DNA of 64,000 nucleotides. Source: the human T2T-CHM13v2.0 reference genome, Homo sapiens. The notes below the pieces were generated by a model, which made no database searches, was not told the DNA's origin, and was given only the letters and a program-made list of their open reading frames with translations. Location of the stretch: the NCBI RefSeq assembly GCF_009914755.1, contig NC_060926.1. One strand, written 5' to 3'. Shown here in pieces: positions 1 to 22,969 of the stretch; within the stretch, counting starts at the first letter, position 1; every line of letters starts with the position of its first letter. A program made the position numbers and the translations under genes.

Positions 1-2357
<2,357 letters not shown>

Positions 2358-2364
2358 CCTCTGG

Positions 2365-2634
2365 CCCTGACCCGTGACCCTGACCTTGACCCATAACCCC
2401 TAACCCCTGACCCTGAACCCTAACCCCTAACCCTTAACCCTTAACCCTAACTGCTAACCCTAACCTCAACCCTCACCCTCACCCTAACCCAATCCTAACC
2501 CCTAATCCCTAACCCCTAACCTCTCAACCCCTAACCTAAACGTTGACTCCTAACCCCTAACTCTGACCCCAACCCCTGTCTCCAACCCCTAACCCTAAAC
2601 TTAACCCCTAACCCTAACACCAACCTTAACCCTA
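2365..2634 (+). repeat. Interstitial degenerate telomeric array (CCCTAA)n with variants CCCTGA, CCCTCA, CCTTAA, CCCCTAA
   Basis: About 270 bp of directly visible hexamer/heptamer units, all in one orientation. Confidence 0.95.
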
Positions 2635-3272
2635 GGTTCGTTACTACGTTTGCATTGACTATGTCAATGTTGATTGTTATGATCGCTGTCTTAGGACTGC
2701 ACGGCAGGGAGGGGATTGCGGATCTTATATTAATATTTTTGTATTGAGGCAATGCATTAGCATTACAGGTGCTTGTTACGTGAGCAATGGGGGTGTCATA
2801 TTTTGGGTGTCATGTCTGCATTAGGAATGCTGCATTTGTCTTGTGAGGCTGCGGTGTGGATCTCGCACTGCGGCCGCATCGCCTTGGCTAGGGAGAACCT
2901 CGCTAGGAAGGATTCAGAGGGGCTTTTGGTTTCCCGTTTTCCACACTGAACCCTTCTAACTGGTCTCTGACCCTGATTATTCAGGGCTGCAAACAGGAAG
3001 GATTTTATTCATCGTCGATGCGGCCCCAAGTTGTCCCAAAGCGAGGCAGTGTCCCCAAGGTCTGTGCTGAGGAGAACGCGGCTCTGCCTTCACGGAGTCC
3101 CCTGGGGCTGTGCTGAGCAGAAAGCAGCTTCGCCCTCGCAGTGCCCCCGGCCTCCCCGGGTCTGTGCAGAGGAGAACTCAGCTCCGCCCTGGCGATGCTC
3201 TCCGGGTCTGTGCTGAGGAGTACGCAGGGAGCCGGCGCAGGCGCAGAGAGGCGCACAGCACTGGCGCAGAGA
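2635..3272. repeat. TAR1 telomere-associated repeat, truncated
   Basis: It follows the CCCTAA array. TCTGTGC(T/A)GAGGAGAAC-type units occur at ~3061, 3108, 3161 and 3207, followed by GGCGCAGGCGCAGAGAGGCGC, the start of the subtelomeric 29-bp repeat. Confidence 0.88.
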
Positions 3273-3851
3273 ATGCCCAGCCATCATTCTTGCACTCTGC
3301 ATGCCCATAGGCTTAATACCACATGGAAGTTGCTGAGGCTTATAGCTTGCACCCTCTGAAGCAGTAGCCTGAGCTGTATCGGGGGTCTTCTGAGTTGAGA
3401 CTGCCGCTGAAGTGGCCAGGATGTGGGGAGCAGTGTCCTGAGGCTGTCCAGAGCAGTAAAGTCCTGGCCCTCAAAAGCATTCTTTCCTCTTAGGCCTCAA
3501 GGTCTGTGATGTGATGGACTGCCATGGAGATCTCTGGAATGCGTGCAAGTTCTTTTCCCCATTGTCTTGGGTATCAGCATCTGGGTTTTGTTTTAATTAT
3601 GCAACTCTCTCTAGCAAGTGTTTTCTCCACAGCCTGTTCGAATTTTTCTCCTGGAAAAAGCTTTTTCTTTCTTTGTCACATGGCCAGTCTGCAAATTTTC
3701 CAAATTTTTCTGGTCTGCTTCCTGTTTAAACATAAATTCCAACTTTAAGTCATTTCTTTGCTCCTGGATCTGAGTATAGAAGCAGCGAGGCCACACCTTG
3801 AATGCTTCCCTGCTTAAAAATGTCTTCCATCAGACACCCTAAATCATCATT

Positions 3852-6011
<2,160 letters not shown>

Positions 6012-6228
6012 AATCATCATTCTTAAGATTGAACTCCCACAAATTCCTAGGGCATGAACAGAATGAAGCCATTTAACCAGTCTCTAAGAAATTTCAAACT
6101 TTTCCTCATCTTTCTGTCTTCTGAGCCCTCCAAACTCTTCCAACCTCTGCCTGTTACTCACTTCCAAAGTCACTTCCACATTTTCATGTATCTTTATAGC
6201 AAAACACCACTCTTCAGTACCAATTTTC

Positions 6229-6607
6229 TGTGTTAGGCCATTCTTTTATTGCTATAAAGAAATACCTGAGGCTGGGTAATTTATAAAGAAAAAATGTTTA
6301 ATTGGTTCACAATTCTACAGGCTGTACAAATGTGGTGCTGGTATCTGCTCGGCTTTTGGGGAGGCGTCAGGGAGCTTTTACTCATAACAGAAGGTGAGGC
6401 AGAAGCTTGCACATCACAAGGCAAAAGTGGGAGCAAAAGAGAGTGGGAGGGAGGTGCCACACCTTAAAACAACCAGATCTCACAACTACTCACTCACTAT
6501 TGCAAGGACAGGACTGATTCATGAGAGATCTGGCCCCATGACCAAAGCACCTCCCACCAGACCCCACCTCCAACACTGAGGATTATATTTCAACATGAGA
6601 TTTGGAC
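6229..6607 (-). mobile_element. MST-type MaLR LTR, truncated at the right-hand junction
   Basis: TGTGTTAGGCCATTC...GCTATAAAGAAATACCTGAG...CACCTCCCACCAGACCCCACCTCCAACA...CATGAGATTTGG. Confidence 0.88.
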
Positions 6608-8419
6608 AAGGTCACTAAGTGCCTTCTTGCCCCTGGGGAAATGCTGATCAAAATCAGTGCTGAGCAGTGGTGCTGACAAATCCCCCTCGCAGACATTCTC
6701 GCTGCACTGGGTACATGTCTGCCCAGGAGTGGGGAACACAGGGGCTGGACACAGGTCCTCCTTCTTCTGACCCTGTGTATTCCTTTACGTAAAATGGGAG
6801 AAAGATACTTAGACCAGGACAGCTTCTCAGGTCCCTTCCACTCCAAACTCCCTGACCTATGACCCGGTTTCCTGCATGAGGCCTGGTGTGTAAAAGGCTC
6901 CCCTCTGCTGTAACCATGTGGCTCTTTGCTTGCATAGAGGAGAAACAAAGGAGTGATTCTGGTTTCATAAAAGAACTTATACACTTGGCCTCCCTTAATT
7001 CGTGCATGTCACTGGCAGCTGTTTATTGAGCAGTGATGGGATGCCAGGCCCTGTTCTAGGCAGGATTCTCTTAGGTCCCCATGTGCCAAAATCTATATTT
7101 TACAGGGCTTAACTACAGATTTCTACACCCTCCCAGTGATGTGAAACCATTTCACCACTAATCTGAAAGGGGAGCTCCCTCTGTAGTATGTGTTTGCCCA
7201 CCTAGGACTTCAGGGGACCCAGGGCTGCTTCCCCCCATGCTGCTCTGCTCCAGGAGGCCCAGCCTCCCTCTAGGTGATTGGGAGAGAAAAGATTCCCTTG
7301 TGGTGACCGAGGTGAGGGGGCTCAGAGCCCTGCAGCCTGGTGCTGAACCCCGGTGTTAGTTCAGAAATCAAAGCCTGTGCTTTGAGTTCTTTGAGATTAA
7401 GCTCACACAGGGTCACACAGCAAGGCGGGAGACTGAGGTTTGAGCCCCAGTTCTGCCTCTTTGCTGCTCACAGGCTGGTGGGAAGAGACCATTACTGTTC
7501 CCTGCAGGAGCCCAGTAGCAAAGTGCCAGGACCCTGGACCTGTGTGGGTCCCTGGGACGCCCCGCCTCTCAGCAGGGAAAGCGGGCCTCAGTGGTGTGTG
7601 GTTTGCTCCCTACAGCAGCACCCCTGTGGAATCCTGGGGTGCACTGTGCTTTTCTTGAGGGGAGAAGTGTTGAGGATTTCCTGGCTGCCTGGAGAAGAGG
7701 GTGAGAGGGGCAGCAAGAAAGGCAGGGTCTCCAAGGGACCTTATTCCTCAGTCACTGGGAGCCCTTGTAGGTTCTTGAGAAGAGGAAGAGCCATGTGAGG
7801 CAAGTGGACTTACCTGTGGGGTGTCTGGGTGATTTCTGCTCATAGTCGACTCTGAAGAAATGGCCAGAGATGAAGAGATAAGGTGTTTGGACAGCTGCCT
7901 GAACCCTGATGCAAGGAGTAGGATTCAAATGTGACTCTGAAAAGGCAAGTGCCTGCAGGGCAGAGGGGAGGTGGGCAGGCCTGGCCAGCAACAGCCTTTG
8001 GAGCTGGGCCACCTGTACCCTCAGTCCAGCAGTCCCCAGGGAGAGAAAAGCTGGGGTGGATGGCGCTTGCTGACTGCTTCCTTTGGCCCTGCCCCATGGG
8101 ACACACGAAGGCTATGGGCTGAGTCCAGCACAGCCCTTCAGGAAGCACCCACTCTGCCAGTCCCCCTGAGGCAAATGCACTGACCCCTGACACCTGGGGC
8201 TGGTGCTGGCCACTCTGGACACAGTGCAGTGGGAGTGGGAGAAGGAGGTCCCCAGCAGCTCATTGATTAGCAACTGACCTTGGGGTAAGAAGGGGTGCTC
8301 ACAGATGGGGATGGGCAGAGGCCATGTTTGCCACTGTCCTAAAGCCTAGGGCAGCCTGTGGAATGTGGGTGGGGTGAGCTGGCTGCATGGCTGTATCATA
8401 GGGCCTGTTGGAGAGAGTC

Positions 8420-8921
8420 CTAAGCTGTGGTGGGCTCCACCCAGTTCGAGCTTCCCAGCTGCTTTGTTTACCTAAGCAAGCCTGGGCAATAGTGGGCTCC
8501 CCTCCCCCAGCCTCACTGCCTCCTTGCAGTTTGATCTCAGACTGCTGTGCTAGCAATCAGCAAGACTCCGTGGGTGTAGAACCCTCCGAGCCAGGTGCAG
8601 GATATAATCTCCTGGTGCACCGTTTTTTAAGCCCATCGGAAAAGCACAGTATTCGGGTGGGAGTGACCCAATTTTCCAGTGCCCCTTTCTTTGACTAGGA
8701 AAGGGAACTCCCTGACCCCTTGCACTTCCTGAGTGAGGCAATGCCTTGCCCTGCTTCGGCTCACACACGGTGTGCTGCACCCACTGTCCTGCGCCCACTG
8801 TCTGGCACTCCGTAGTGAGATGAACCTGGTACCTCAGATGGAAATGCAGAAATCACCCGTCTTCTGCATTGCTCACGCTGGGAGCTGTAGACCAGAGCTG
8901 TTCCTATTAGGTCATCTTGGC
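8420..8921 (-). mobile_element. Isolated L1PA 5'UTR fragment (first ~500 nt) including the ORF0 region
   Basis: It matches the L1 5' end CCAAGATG(A/G)CC..ATAGGAACAGCTC. The plus-strand translation PPPASLPPCSLISDCCASNQQDSVGV matches L1 ORF0. Confidence 0.92.
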
Positions 8922-10644
8922 CGTGATCTCTTCTAGGGTAATTATTAAAACATTAAGAAATACTCTTTAATCATATATGTTAAAACTTGTAGAAAATCAA
9001 TAACATACAAGTAAAGAAGATCAAGAAGCCAAAAAAAATAATTCCAAGTATAGAAAGCATGGTGAAAATTGATGGAAGAAAACTGCAGAAATTTAAAATG
9101 CAAAATTAAAATACAGCCCTATAATTCATGATACATAATTCTTCACTGAACCCCAAATCTGTGAGGACATATGTGTGATCTTGGATAATGCATTCAAACT
9201 CCTTGACACTGAAATTTCTTGACTGTAAACTGTTTTAGAGATGTTCCTCACCCGGTTGCATGAAGCACATCTGTGTGTGTTAAGACACAGAACAGTGGCA
9301 GCTGTGCTCTTCGTGGTCCCTGCATACAGACCCACAGCAGTATGTTGTGATTTTTTTTAATATAAAAGGCTTTGAAAATGTCCCACAGCTTCCTCAGTAA
9401 CTGACTGTCAAAAGGGGCAGCCTTCAAAAGTAGAATTCTGGCAAATGTCTTCAAACACACAAAATTCTGGCAATGGGCACATTTCCCCTCCCGCTTTGCT
9501 CTTCTGGATGCATCCATTCTCTCCCAAAGCATAGTCATTTTCTTCCACTCCACTGTAGAAATTGTCCTTCTAGTGGCAAGAGTGATGTGAGTGATATGCG
9601 GAAATTTCTTTCCAAGCCTGTTGGAGAAGCTTCCTCTGCCTGCTTCTCTTTGGCCACCTCCAGGGCTGCTCTGTCACCCCCAACAGCATGGACCTCACTG
9701 CAGTCACTCTGGAAGCTTCCCTCAAAAGGAAGCTTGTGCAGGAAACATCATGCATCGAGCAGCATGGGGACAGGGGCTGGCCAGCTGGGCAGCGCTCACA
9801 CTCCTGACACCCAGACTCCACGATACTCCTCTGTCCCCACCCAGGGCAGATCCCTGCCCTAAAAGTTTTCCCTCTCATGTCCAGCAAATGCTGCATGGAG
9901 CCCTGGAATTCTATGTGGAAAGCTAGGAAGAGGGAGAGCTGAAATGAGGATGTAATCACCCTTTCCAAAGAGGTCAGTCCAGTACTACCCTGTGCTCTAC
10001 TGGGCAAGCTCTCCAGGCTGAGGGAACAGGAGCAGGGGTTATGTCGGGTGAAGGTGGAAGCGAGGGACCTCCCATGAAGTGTAGAATATTCCACTAGGGA
10101 CACCTCATACCCTTCCAGGATTAGACCTTGAGGCCTGGAGATCCCCAGGCAATTACTATTGAAGGTCAAAAGGCCAATGACAGGAATAGGAAGGCCCACT
10201 GTGTCATTCACAAAGCACTTCCAAACCCATCACCACAGGTGACCCTCACAACAACCCTGTGAGACCTGCAGGGCAGGGGCTCTCACAAAGGAGGAGTCGG
10301 GAATGTCAAGATTTTAACACCTTCTCCAAGTCAGGGTCAGGAAATGCTGCCCCAACACTGACCTATATTCCCTATGCTTCCTCCCACAAAAGAGCTTAGG
10401 GTGACTGCCAACTTGTGGGCAGAGACCCTCACTTTCCAATCCCCACGAGGGGATGTGCAGTGGGGAGGAAAAGGCCCCTTCCTCTGACTGTCTCCTCCAA
10501 GACCCTGTTTTCTGAGGAAGGTCACTCCTCAGAAACTGTTGGCCTCTGCAGATGGGGGCCTGGACCATGTGGAAAGATGACATGAAGGCCACACCTGGCA
10601 GGCACCAGCGCTGGAGGGCAAACCTCACCTTTAAAAACTCACAC

Positions 10645-10790
10645 TTTTTATTTTAAATTTATTTTTATTTTTAATTTCTATGAGTACATAGTAGGTGTAT
10701 ATATTTATGGGGTACATGAGATAGTTTGACACAGGCATGCAATGTGTGATAATCACATCAGGGTAAATGAGGCATTCATCACCTCAAGCA
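10645..10790 (-). mobile_element. L1MA-like 3' end fragment
   Basis: T-rich tail followed by GTACATAGTAGGTGTATATATTTATGGGGTACATGAG. Confidence 0.75.
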
Positions 10791-10979
10791 AGGGAAATGC
10801 CAGATGCTTATGAAACCATCAGATCACATGAGAACTCACTTACTATCATGAGAACAGCATGGGGGATACTGCCGCCATGATTCAGTTACCTCTCACTGGG
10901 TCCCTCCCAGGACACATGAGGCTTATGGAAATTACAGTTCAAGATGAGATTTGGGTGGCAATGCAGCCAAACCATATCA
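10790..10979 (-). mobile_element. MST/THE1 LTR fragment
   Basis: CCATCAGATC...CATGAGAACAGCATGGG...CAAGATGAGATTTGGGTGG..CAGCCAAACCATATCA. Confidence 0.85.
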
Positions 10980-11189
10980 CCTTATAAAATGAATAATGTG
11001 AAAATAGCACTGGGCCTGAGGCCTGGCCCCTGCCATGTGATGCCCCCTTTTGGGGAGGGCCTGGCTTCCATGCCATGCAGAAACTTCCCTGTGCTTCATG
11101 TGGGCTTGGGGTGAGCCAGGTCCTCCTGAGGGAGCTGGGCACTGTGGGACACGAGGGTCCCTGGCCTGGAATCTCCATTTGCCTCCTTA

Positions 11190-12508
<1,319 letters not shown>

Positions 12509-13011
12509 CTTCAAGAGCCAGAGTCACCCTGGAAGCATGTCACCTGAGAGGGCTGAGGCCATCTGGGAGGACTCATGTCACTGGAGAGGACAGAGGTCAC
12601 CTGGGAGACCTCCCTCAGGCCCTAGGGGATTTGGGGTGCAGACTCTGCACCCCTCCCCTGACCCTGGGCATGAGGACTAAGCAAGTCCCCCAAAACTCAG
12701 TTGAAAAGGGACCTGGAGGGACTTCTGCAGGGAGTGTCCAAACTCACATGGTCCGAAGAAGCACAGGCAAGGATCATTCATGTCCCCTATCCTGGGCCAG
12801 GCTGGGAAGGCCACTGTGCCAGGCCTGGGGCAGAACCTGTGAGCTGCACCCACCACAAGGGCAGGCAGTGGGCCACTGATCACCACACAATGCTCCTGTG
12901 ATGGCCCAGGGGCTGCCTGCCAGGCAAAAGAGGGCAGCTGGGTCCAGACCCCAGGTGGGCAGCCCATGGAGTGAGCTCAGTGGCTCTCCCTGCCTGGAAT
13001 GGTCTGGTACC

Positions 13012-13820
<809 letters not shown>

Positions 13821-13941
13821 TAGTTTTGTATCTGTAATCGTACACATACAGTATAAAGCAGTTTGCCTTAAAATTACACTTACTTAACACATGGCTATAC
13901 AATTTTATAAAGCATTGATTTTGTTTATAAACCCCACAAAC

Positions 13942-14237
13942 GGCCGGGCGCGGTGGCTCACGCCTGTAATCCCAGCACTTTGGGAGGCCAAGGAGGGCAG
14001 ATCACAAGGTCAGGAGATCGAGACCATCCTGGCTAACATGGTGAAACCCTGCCTTTACTAAAAATACAAGAAATTAGCCGGGCATGGTGGCGGGTGCCTG
14101 TAGTCCCAGCTACTCAGGAGGCTGAGGCAGGAGAATGGTGTGAACCCAGGAGGCGGAGCTTACAGTGAGCTGAGATTGTGCCACTGCACTCCAGCCTGGG
14201 TGAAGGGTGAGACTCTGTCTCAAATAAATAAATAAAA
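13942..14237 (+). mobile_element. Full-length Alu (AluSc/Y-like)
   Basis: Starts GGCCGGGCGCGGTGGCTCAC, has a (TAAA)n tail, and TSD ATAAACCCCACA. Confidence 0.95.
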
Positions 14238-16148
14238 ATAAACCCCACAGACTTCCTCCTTCAGCTTCTTCTTCGACTGGTTTTGAGTATATTGCTTGAT
14301 AATATTACTTTGGTTCTTCTATTTTTCTTTTCTGACTGGCTTAGCCCTTAGCATAAGCCAAAATCACTGAACAAGTTATATCCCTGTTTCTCTAGAAAAC
14401 TTGATTGATAATTGAACTATGATTCAAGAGTTCTAAATATTGATGGGAGGAGAAGGCGGAAAGTCGCAGGCATCTCTAAGAATCTGATGAAAATTCACAG
14501 CTAGTATGGCACTCTCAGGTGAGATTTTTGTCTCATTAAATGGGAAATAGCTTTGGGGTACTGGCTTGAGTCAACAGGGTCATATGAATCAGCTGTAAAT
14601 TGTCACCTGGATTAGGTCAGAGGGGTCATAGGTATCCCTGGACCTTGAAATAAGGGCTCTGTCTTAGGGCAGTCACTCATCTCTTTGAACTTCAGTTTCT
14701 CAAAATGAGAATGACAATGATGAAATTTGCCCTCTGGAAGCAATGTCCTGAGGTGCTAGCCATCCATTTGGAAATCTGTGTTTGCTTGTGTGCACAATCA
14801 AAACAAGTGTAACCTGTCTGTTCCACTGACTCTTCAGAGGTTGCTTTTACCACTAGGACTTGTAGTTTAGTTTACCGTTGGAGTGCTTTATTTAAACTCT
14901 AATCTAGTTATATAAACACACTTCAGCACAATTTATAGGCTTGCGATTCTTTCTATCATGCCTGGCTCTTCTTTTTTCTTCTTGAAACAAACTCTTGAGT
15001 CTAGACTTTGTCAGGTTGATACATGAGTTTGGGGACTGTTTATATGGAAACCATATACATATTCCAGAAGCCTGCCTTGTTACTGATCTGCAATAAAGAT
15101 GATAACCCTTTGACTCATAAAAAGACACCCAAGATATCCTTTGAAGTGCAAACCCTGATCTACTACTGAAAAGGGGCACAAAGAGATTCCTCAAAACTGG
15201 CCTTGTTGCTTTAAGAACAGGTGACTATTAATGAGAGAGCAACTCTATGGGAGAGAACTTTCTCATGATACAAACTGTTAGCAATGCAAGCAGCTGGAGA
15301 ATCTGTAAACAGTGACTTTCCTCCCGGGGGAAGTGCTTAAGCAAGACTGATTGACCATCCTCAAGAAACAGTATGAAAGGGATTCAATCAATCAGTGGGA
15401 AAGAAGATGGATTTGTAGGTACCTTTCAATTCAAATATCCTGTCTTCGATTTCTCTAATAAGCCTAGGAAGACAGGATTGTGCTAATGACTCAGTCCTAA
15501 GGAATAGATCCTTGTAAACAGTGAATGTGGCCACCCTACCATTGGTGATGTAGTGCAAGTGATGGGGGTATATGTGTGGTAGTCCACTGGGTGTTTTAGG
15601 CCAAGTATGTAGTCCAAAGAACACATTTCTAAACTTTTAAAACACAGACAAATTATACTCAAGAAATCAATGCTCAGTGACTGTTTCTTGCCACTGCAGA
15701 AAATAAACTAACATAGAAATGGCCAAACTTTACTTTGCCAATCTGTCATAGACTACAGACTATTAGGAGGGGGATCTCAGTAAAGGTCAGGCCTAAAGCA
15801 ATGAGGAGAGAAGGGGAGCTCTTGGTCCTTCAGAGAGGACCGATATCACAGCGTGATGACAGTCCAACTAGTACCAATGCACATGAGAAGCAAATCAGTT
15901 CCTGAAGCTTGATGCTATATATTCATCAAAAATAAATCTGAAATGCATTACCTGTTCTCTTCTGAATCTCATATGGATCAGTATCTGAAGAGCAATAAAG
16001 TTCAGGAGCTGTGTCTTCCAATACAAATGACTATATGACTATAGATATAGATAAACATAGATATAGATCTAAGGATATATGTACATATATTATTTTGGCC
16101 AATAATTTCTTCTCTTTCAACTACCAGAAAGTAAAAACATAGAGATAA

Positions 16149-16504
<356 letters not shown>

Positions 16505-16707
16505 TTCTTACTATCTCCTGTGTACTGATGACTCACATCCTACTATGGAATAGATACACTGCTTTTGCCTTCCCAGCATTGAATCCTCTTTGTCTAGAAA
16601 CGACACCTTAGTTTTCCTTTGGGGAACCACATCACTCTACGCTTGAGTGATTCTGGTGGGACAAACCCCATTGCTGGCTCCAGATATGAGCTAGTAACCT
16701 AGGTATG

Positions 16708-19756
<3,049 letters not shown>

Positions 19757-20200
19757 TCATACTGCCTTGCGGGGCTTTTGCCCTGGGGGGAGATGCGGGT
19801 CAGGGCGGCCCCATCCGCAGCCCAGGCCCCGCTTCTCCCCCACGCTGGCCCGGCTTACCTGGGGCGCAGCGGGCGGAGCAGCCCTGGCTGCGGGCCTGGG
19901 CCGAGAAAGCGGGCGCTTCCTCCATGCCGGAGTCAGAAGCACCTGCGGGAGGAACCCAGCTGTCCAGGCACCCGTCCTGCCCCTCCCCCATCCTCTCCCT
20001 GCGATGGGGCGGGCGGGCCAGAAAGGCTTAGTGGTGGCTGTGGTTCCCGCGTGAAGCTCCAGGGCCTCCCCTCCCTCGACTAGTGACCGCGGGGCCGGCT
20101 CGGGCGGACCCCTTTCCGGGTGGGGTAGGGGAGTGGGGGCGTGGTCCTGGGGCTGCACCCTCTGGTGTCCGCAGCTGGAAGGACGGACCGCATTTGGGCC

Positions 20201-20390
20201 TTATTTATAGGTGTTGCCCCAGGAGACGTCAGTGACTGCGCCCCCGTCACAGCGCCCACTGCAGAGCAACCCCTCCGATCGTGCACAGTCGAAGGCGAGT
20301 CCCTGGGCCTCAGCCTTAGCCGGCTCTGCACCAAGTGGGTGACACCAACTACCCCACCTGCTGGCCGGGCCGAGCACAGAGCCCCGCCCC
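20201..20390 (-). promoter_or_regulatory. Candidate AJM1-paralog core promoter: TATA box and GC box
   Basis: Minus-strand TATAAATAA at 20201-20209 is an isolated AT patch in GC-rich DNA. GGGGCGGGG lies at 20382-20390. The TATA box is about 480 bp upstream of the ATG. Confidence 0.55.
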
Positions 20391-22969
20391 CAGCACTGCA
20401 AGGACCCACGCCTAGGTGCCCTCAACTTCCCGTGAGCCCCAGGCCAGAAAAATGCCCCCAGAGAGCATACCTGGGCCCTAAATCTCCCTTTCCTTTGCCG
20501 ACACCTTTTCTGACCCCAAGTATTTTTGGGTGGTTGAAACAAGGCCCCAGCTTTGTGTAAATGCACAGGACACCCCCCTAGGGTTTGCACGGCAGTCCCA
20601 AACCATCGAGCCACGAGCTCGTGGCAGCCCCTCTCCTCTGAGCTGCGCAGCAGGCCCAGAAGCTGCCCACTGGGGGTGGGCAAGGCGGAGGGTGGGGGAA
20701 GCCCCACTGCTTTGCAGGAGAGGGCCCTCCCCATTTCACTCAGAAGGTTCCATGGAAACCTGCGTTTCTTAGGCCCCCACGCTGCAGGCTGGCCAGGGTT
20801 CAGATGTGGGTTGCCAACCCCTCTGTGGTCCCAGAGCCAGCTGGGGGATGCGTCAGAGAGTGGCCACAGGCCTGGTCTCTGCACGCCCAACACCTGGTCT
20901 GTGGGGGAGTCTACCCCAGAGTGAGCTGGGGAAAGCGGGTACCTGGCCAGGCCCCTTGCAGGGCAGAACCTCAGGTGAATGGGCCTCTCAGGGTCTGGCC
21001 GGGTCCCCCCTCTGTGTCCCAGGTGTGCAGGGGCTTCCTGCTGGCAGGGCTGTTTTTCTGGGTCAGGGCCACGAGTCCCGGGCCTTGTGCCCATCCCAGC
21101 CTCCCCCGCCCACCCCATCTCCCCCCTCCATCCCACCCGTGGCAGGACTGTCTACCCTCTTGCTCCCTCTTTCATGCTAAGCTCAAGGCCAGGCCGGAAT
21201 CCGGCCGGATGACAGGGTGTGAGGCTCCACCCCAGGGAGGTGACAGTCGGCCTTGCTGGCTGCAGCTGTCGGTGACACCCCCTCCCGTGGGGATGGGGGT
21301 GGGGTCAGCACTCTCCTGGGCCCAAGGCCTTCTGGAGCCCACGGGGATGGCTGGCGGCCTTCCCCGCCTCCCAGCCCTGCCTTGCCTTGCCTTGCCCTGG
21401 CTGGGAGCGGCCCTTCAAGGGATACAGCTGGTGTTGCCTGGGGACGGGGACTCCTCATCCTTCCGGCCTCCCTAAGGCAGCCTCCCCTGCCCATGACAGT
21501 GACACACTCAGCAACTCGGCCCCTAGCCCCTTACCTGGGTGCTGCTCCAGCTGTGCCCCGGTGGGCTGTGCTACCCCCAGGTCGACTCCTCCTTGTCCCT
21601 GGCACTGCTGCGTCTCCCCGGCACCAGCAGAAGTTTCCAGGCAGCAGCGCGGATCCTGGCATGGCTGCTCAGTGCTGCCCCCGATGGCAGCTGAAGGGGC
21701 TGTACTTAAAGGGGCCACACCCAGTGGGGGCTGCATGGTGGAGCTGGGGATCGTGAGCTGCACTGGCTCCAATTTGGGGCTGTGCAGAGCACAGGGTCCC
21801 TGCAGCACCCCCAAGACACAGACCTCAGTGTCTAAGCAGGAGTCCTGTGGCCCGGAGCAGCCTGCCAGTCCCGCCAGTGTCACCCCAACACACTTGCCTG
21901 AGAGGAGGGGCCCAAGCCCTGGCCTGGGCTGCAGAGATTGGTCAGGGGCATCTTGGAATTCGCATCTCCTGTCGGGCGAGGCAGGAGCAGGTGGGCTACT
22001 CTCTGCCCCACTGGCCTCTCCCCAGCCCCTATCGGCTTCAAGGCTGCCAATGCCAAAATCTTGGCGGGTACCTGGGGCCAGATGGCCCTTGCAGTCTCTT
22101 GTGTCCCCAGGATGCCATCCTCTCTGGGTGAGGCCACTCCTGCATCCAGTGTCCCTGCCAGCCTGGGAAGGCCTGCACGTGACCTACCATACCTGCCTGG
22201 TAATGTCATCGTCCCACTCTGCCAGCCCCTCCCAAAGGCATTGGGCCTGGGAACATTCTAGCTTGGCAGAGGGGTGGGGAGCCAATGCCCTTGGCTCTGA
22301 AGGGCAGGACCTACCCCATTCTGCGCTGCTCAAAGCAGGGCCCACTGAAACCCCAACATAGCCATCCATGGTGCGATCCTGGCAAGTTCACGTACTGTTG
22401 ACCCATCCCCACACCAGGAGAACCCCTGAACCCGGCCCTGACCTCATGGGCTGTGGGCTAAGGGGCCAGGCTCCTAAGCTTGCTGTGGGCCACAGCACCT
22501 GCTCAGGGACTGCAGTGATTGCCCCACACCCTGGGGCCACAAAGCTCCCAGGCACAGGAGCCTCCAGCTTGGCCACCTCCTCCCCTTCACTGGCACGCTC
22601 TTCCTGCCCGCCCTGCAGGGTTCTCATGGCAACAGTAGCTGTGGGGGTGGAGGCTGGGTGCTGCTGACAGCTGGAGGGGGCAGGGGCCTGAAGGCGGGGT
22701 TGGGGGGGCAGGGCCGCAGGCAGCTGCCTGGGAGCCTTGCAGAGTTGACTTCCACCTCCTGGGGCTGAGGTCCCCAAGTGTGCTGGGTGCAGCTGCTGAG
22801 CCCTGGCACAGGTGGGCTGGGATGTACCCAGGGTGTGGCCAGACTTGGTGGGACGTCCTCACACCACTGCTGGGCAGCCTCCTGCCTCAGAGGACTTCCC
22901 TGCCAACCCATGGCAGCCTGGGCCGGGGAAGCGGGAGCAGAGGTGCAGGGAGAAGAACGGACACGCAGA

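Noticed and set aside
2365-2634. Human chromosome 2 head-to-head telomere fusion site
   Set aside because: Only CCCTAA-oriented repeats are present. There is no opposing TTAGGG array, and the left flank is L1.
2365-3270. CRISPR-like repeat array
   Set aside because: The units are tandem telomeric and TAR1 repeats without unique spacers, in a primate context with no cas genes.
8940-10211. ORFs 9248..9553 and 9570..10211 as a pseudogene
   Set aside because: I could not match them to any protein family and saw no consistent exon structure. A BLAST search is needed.
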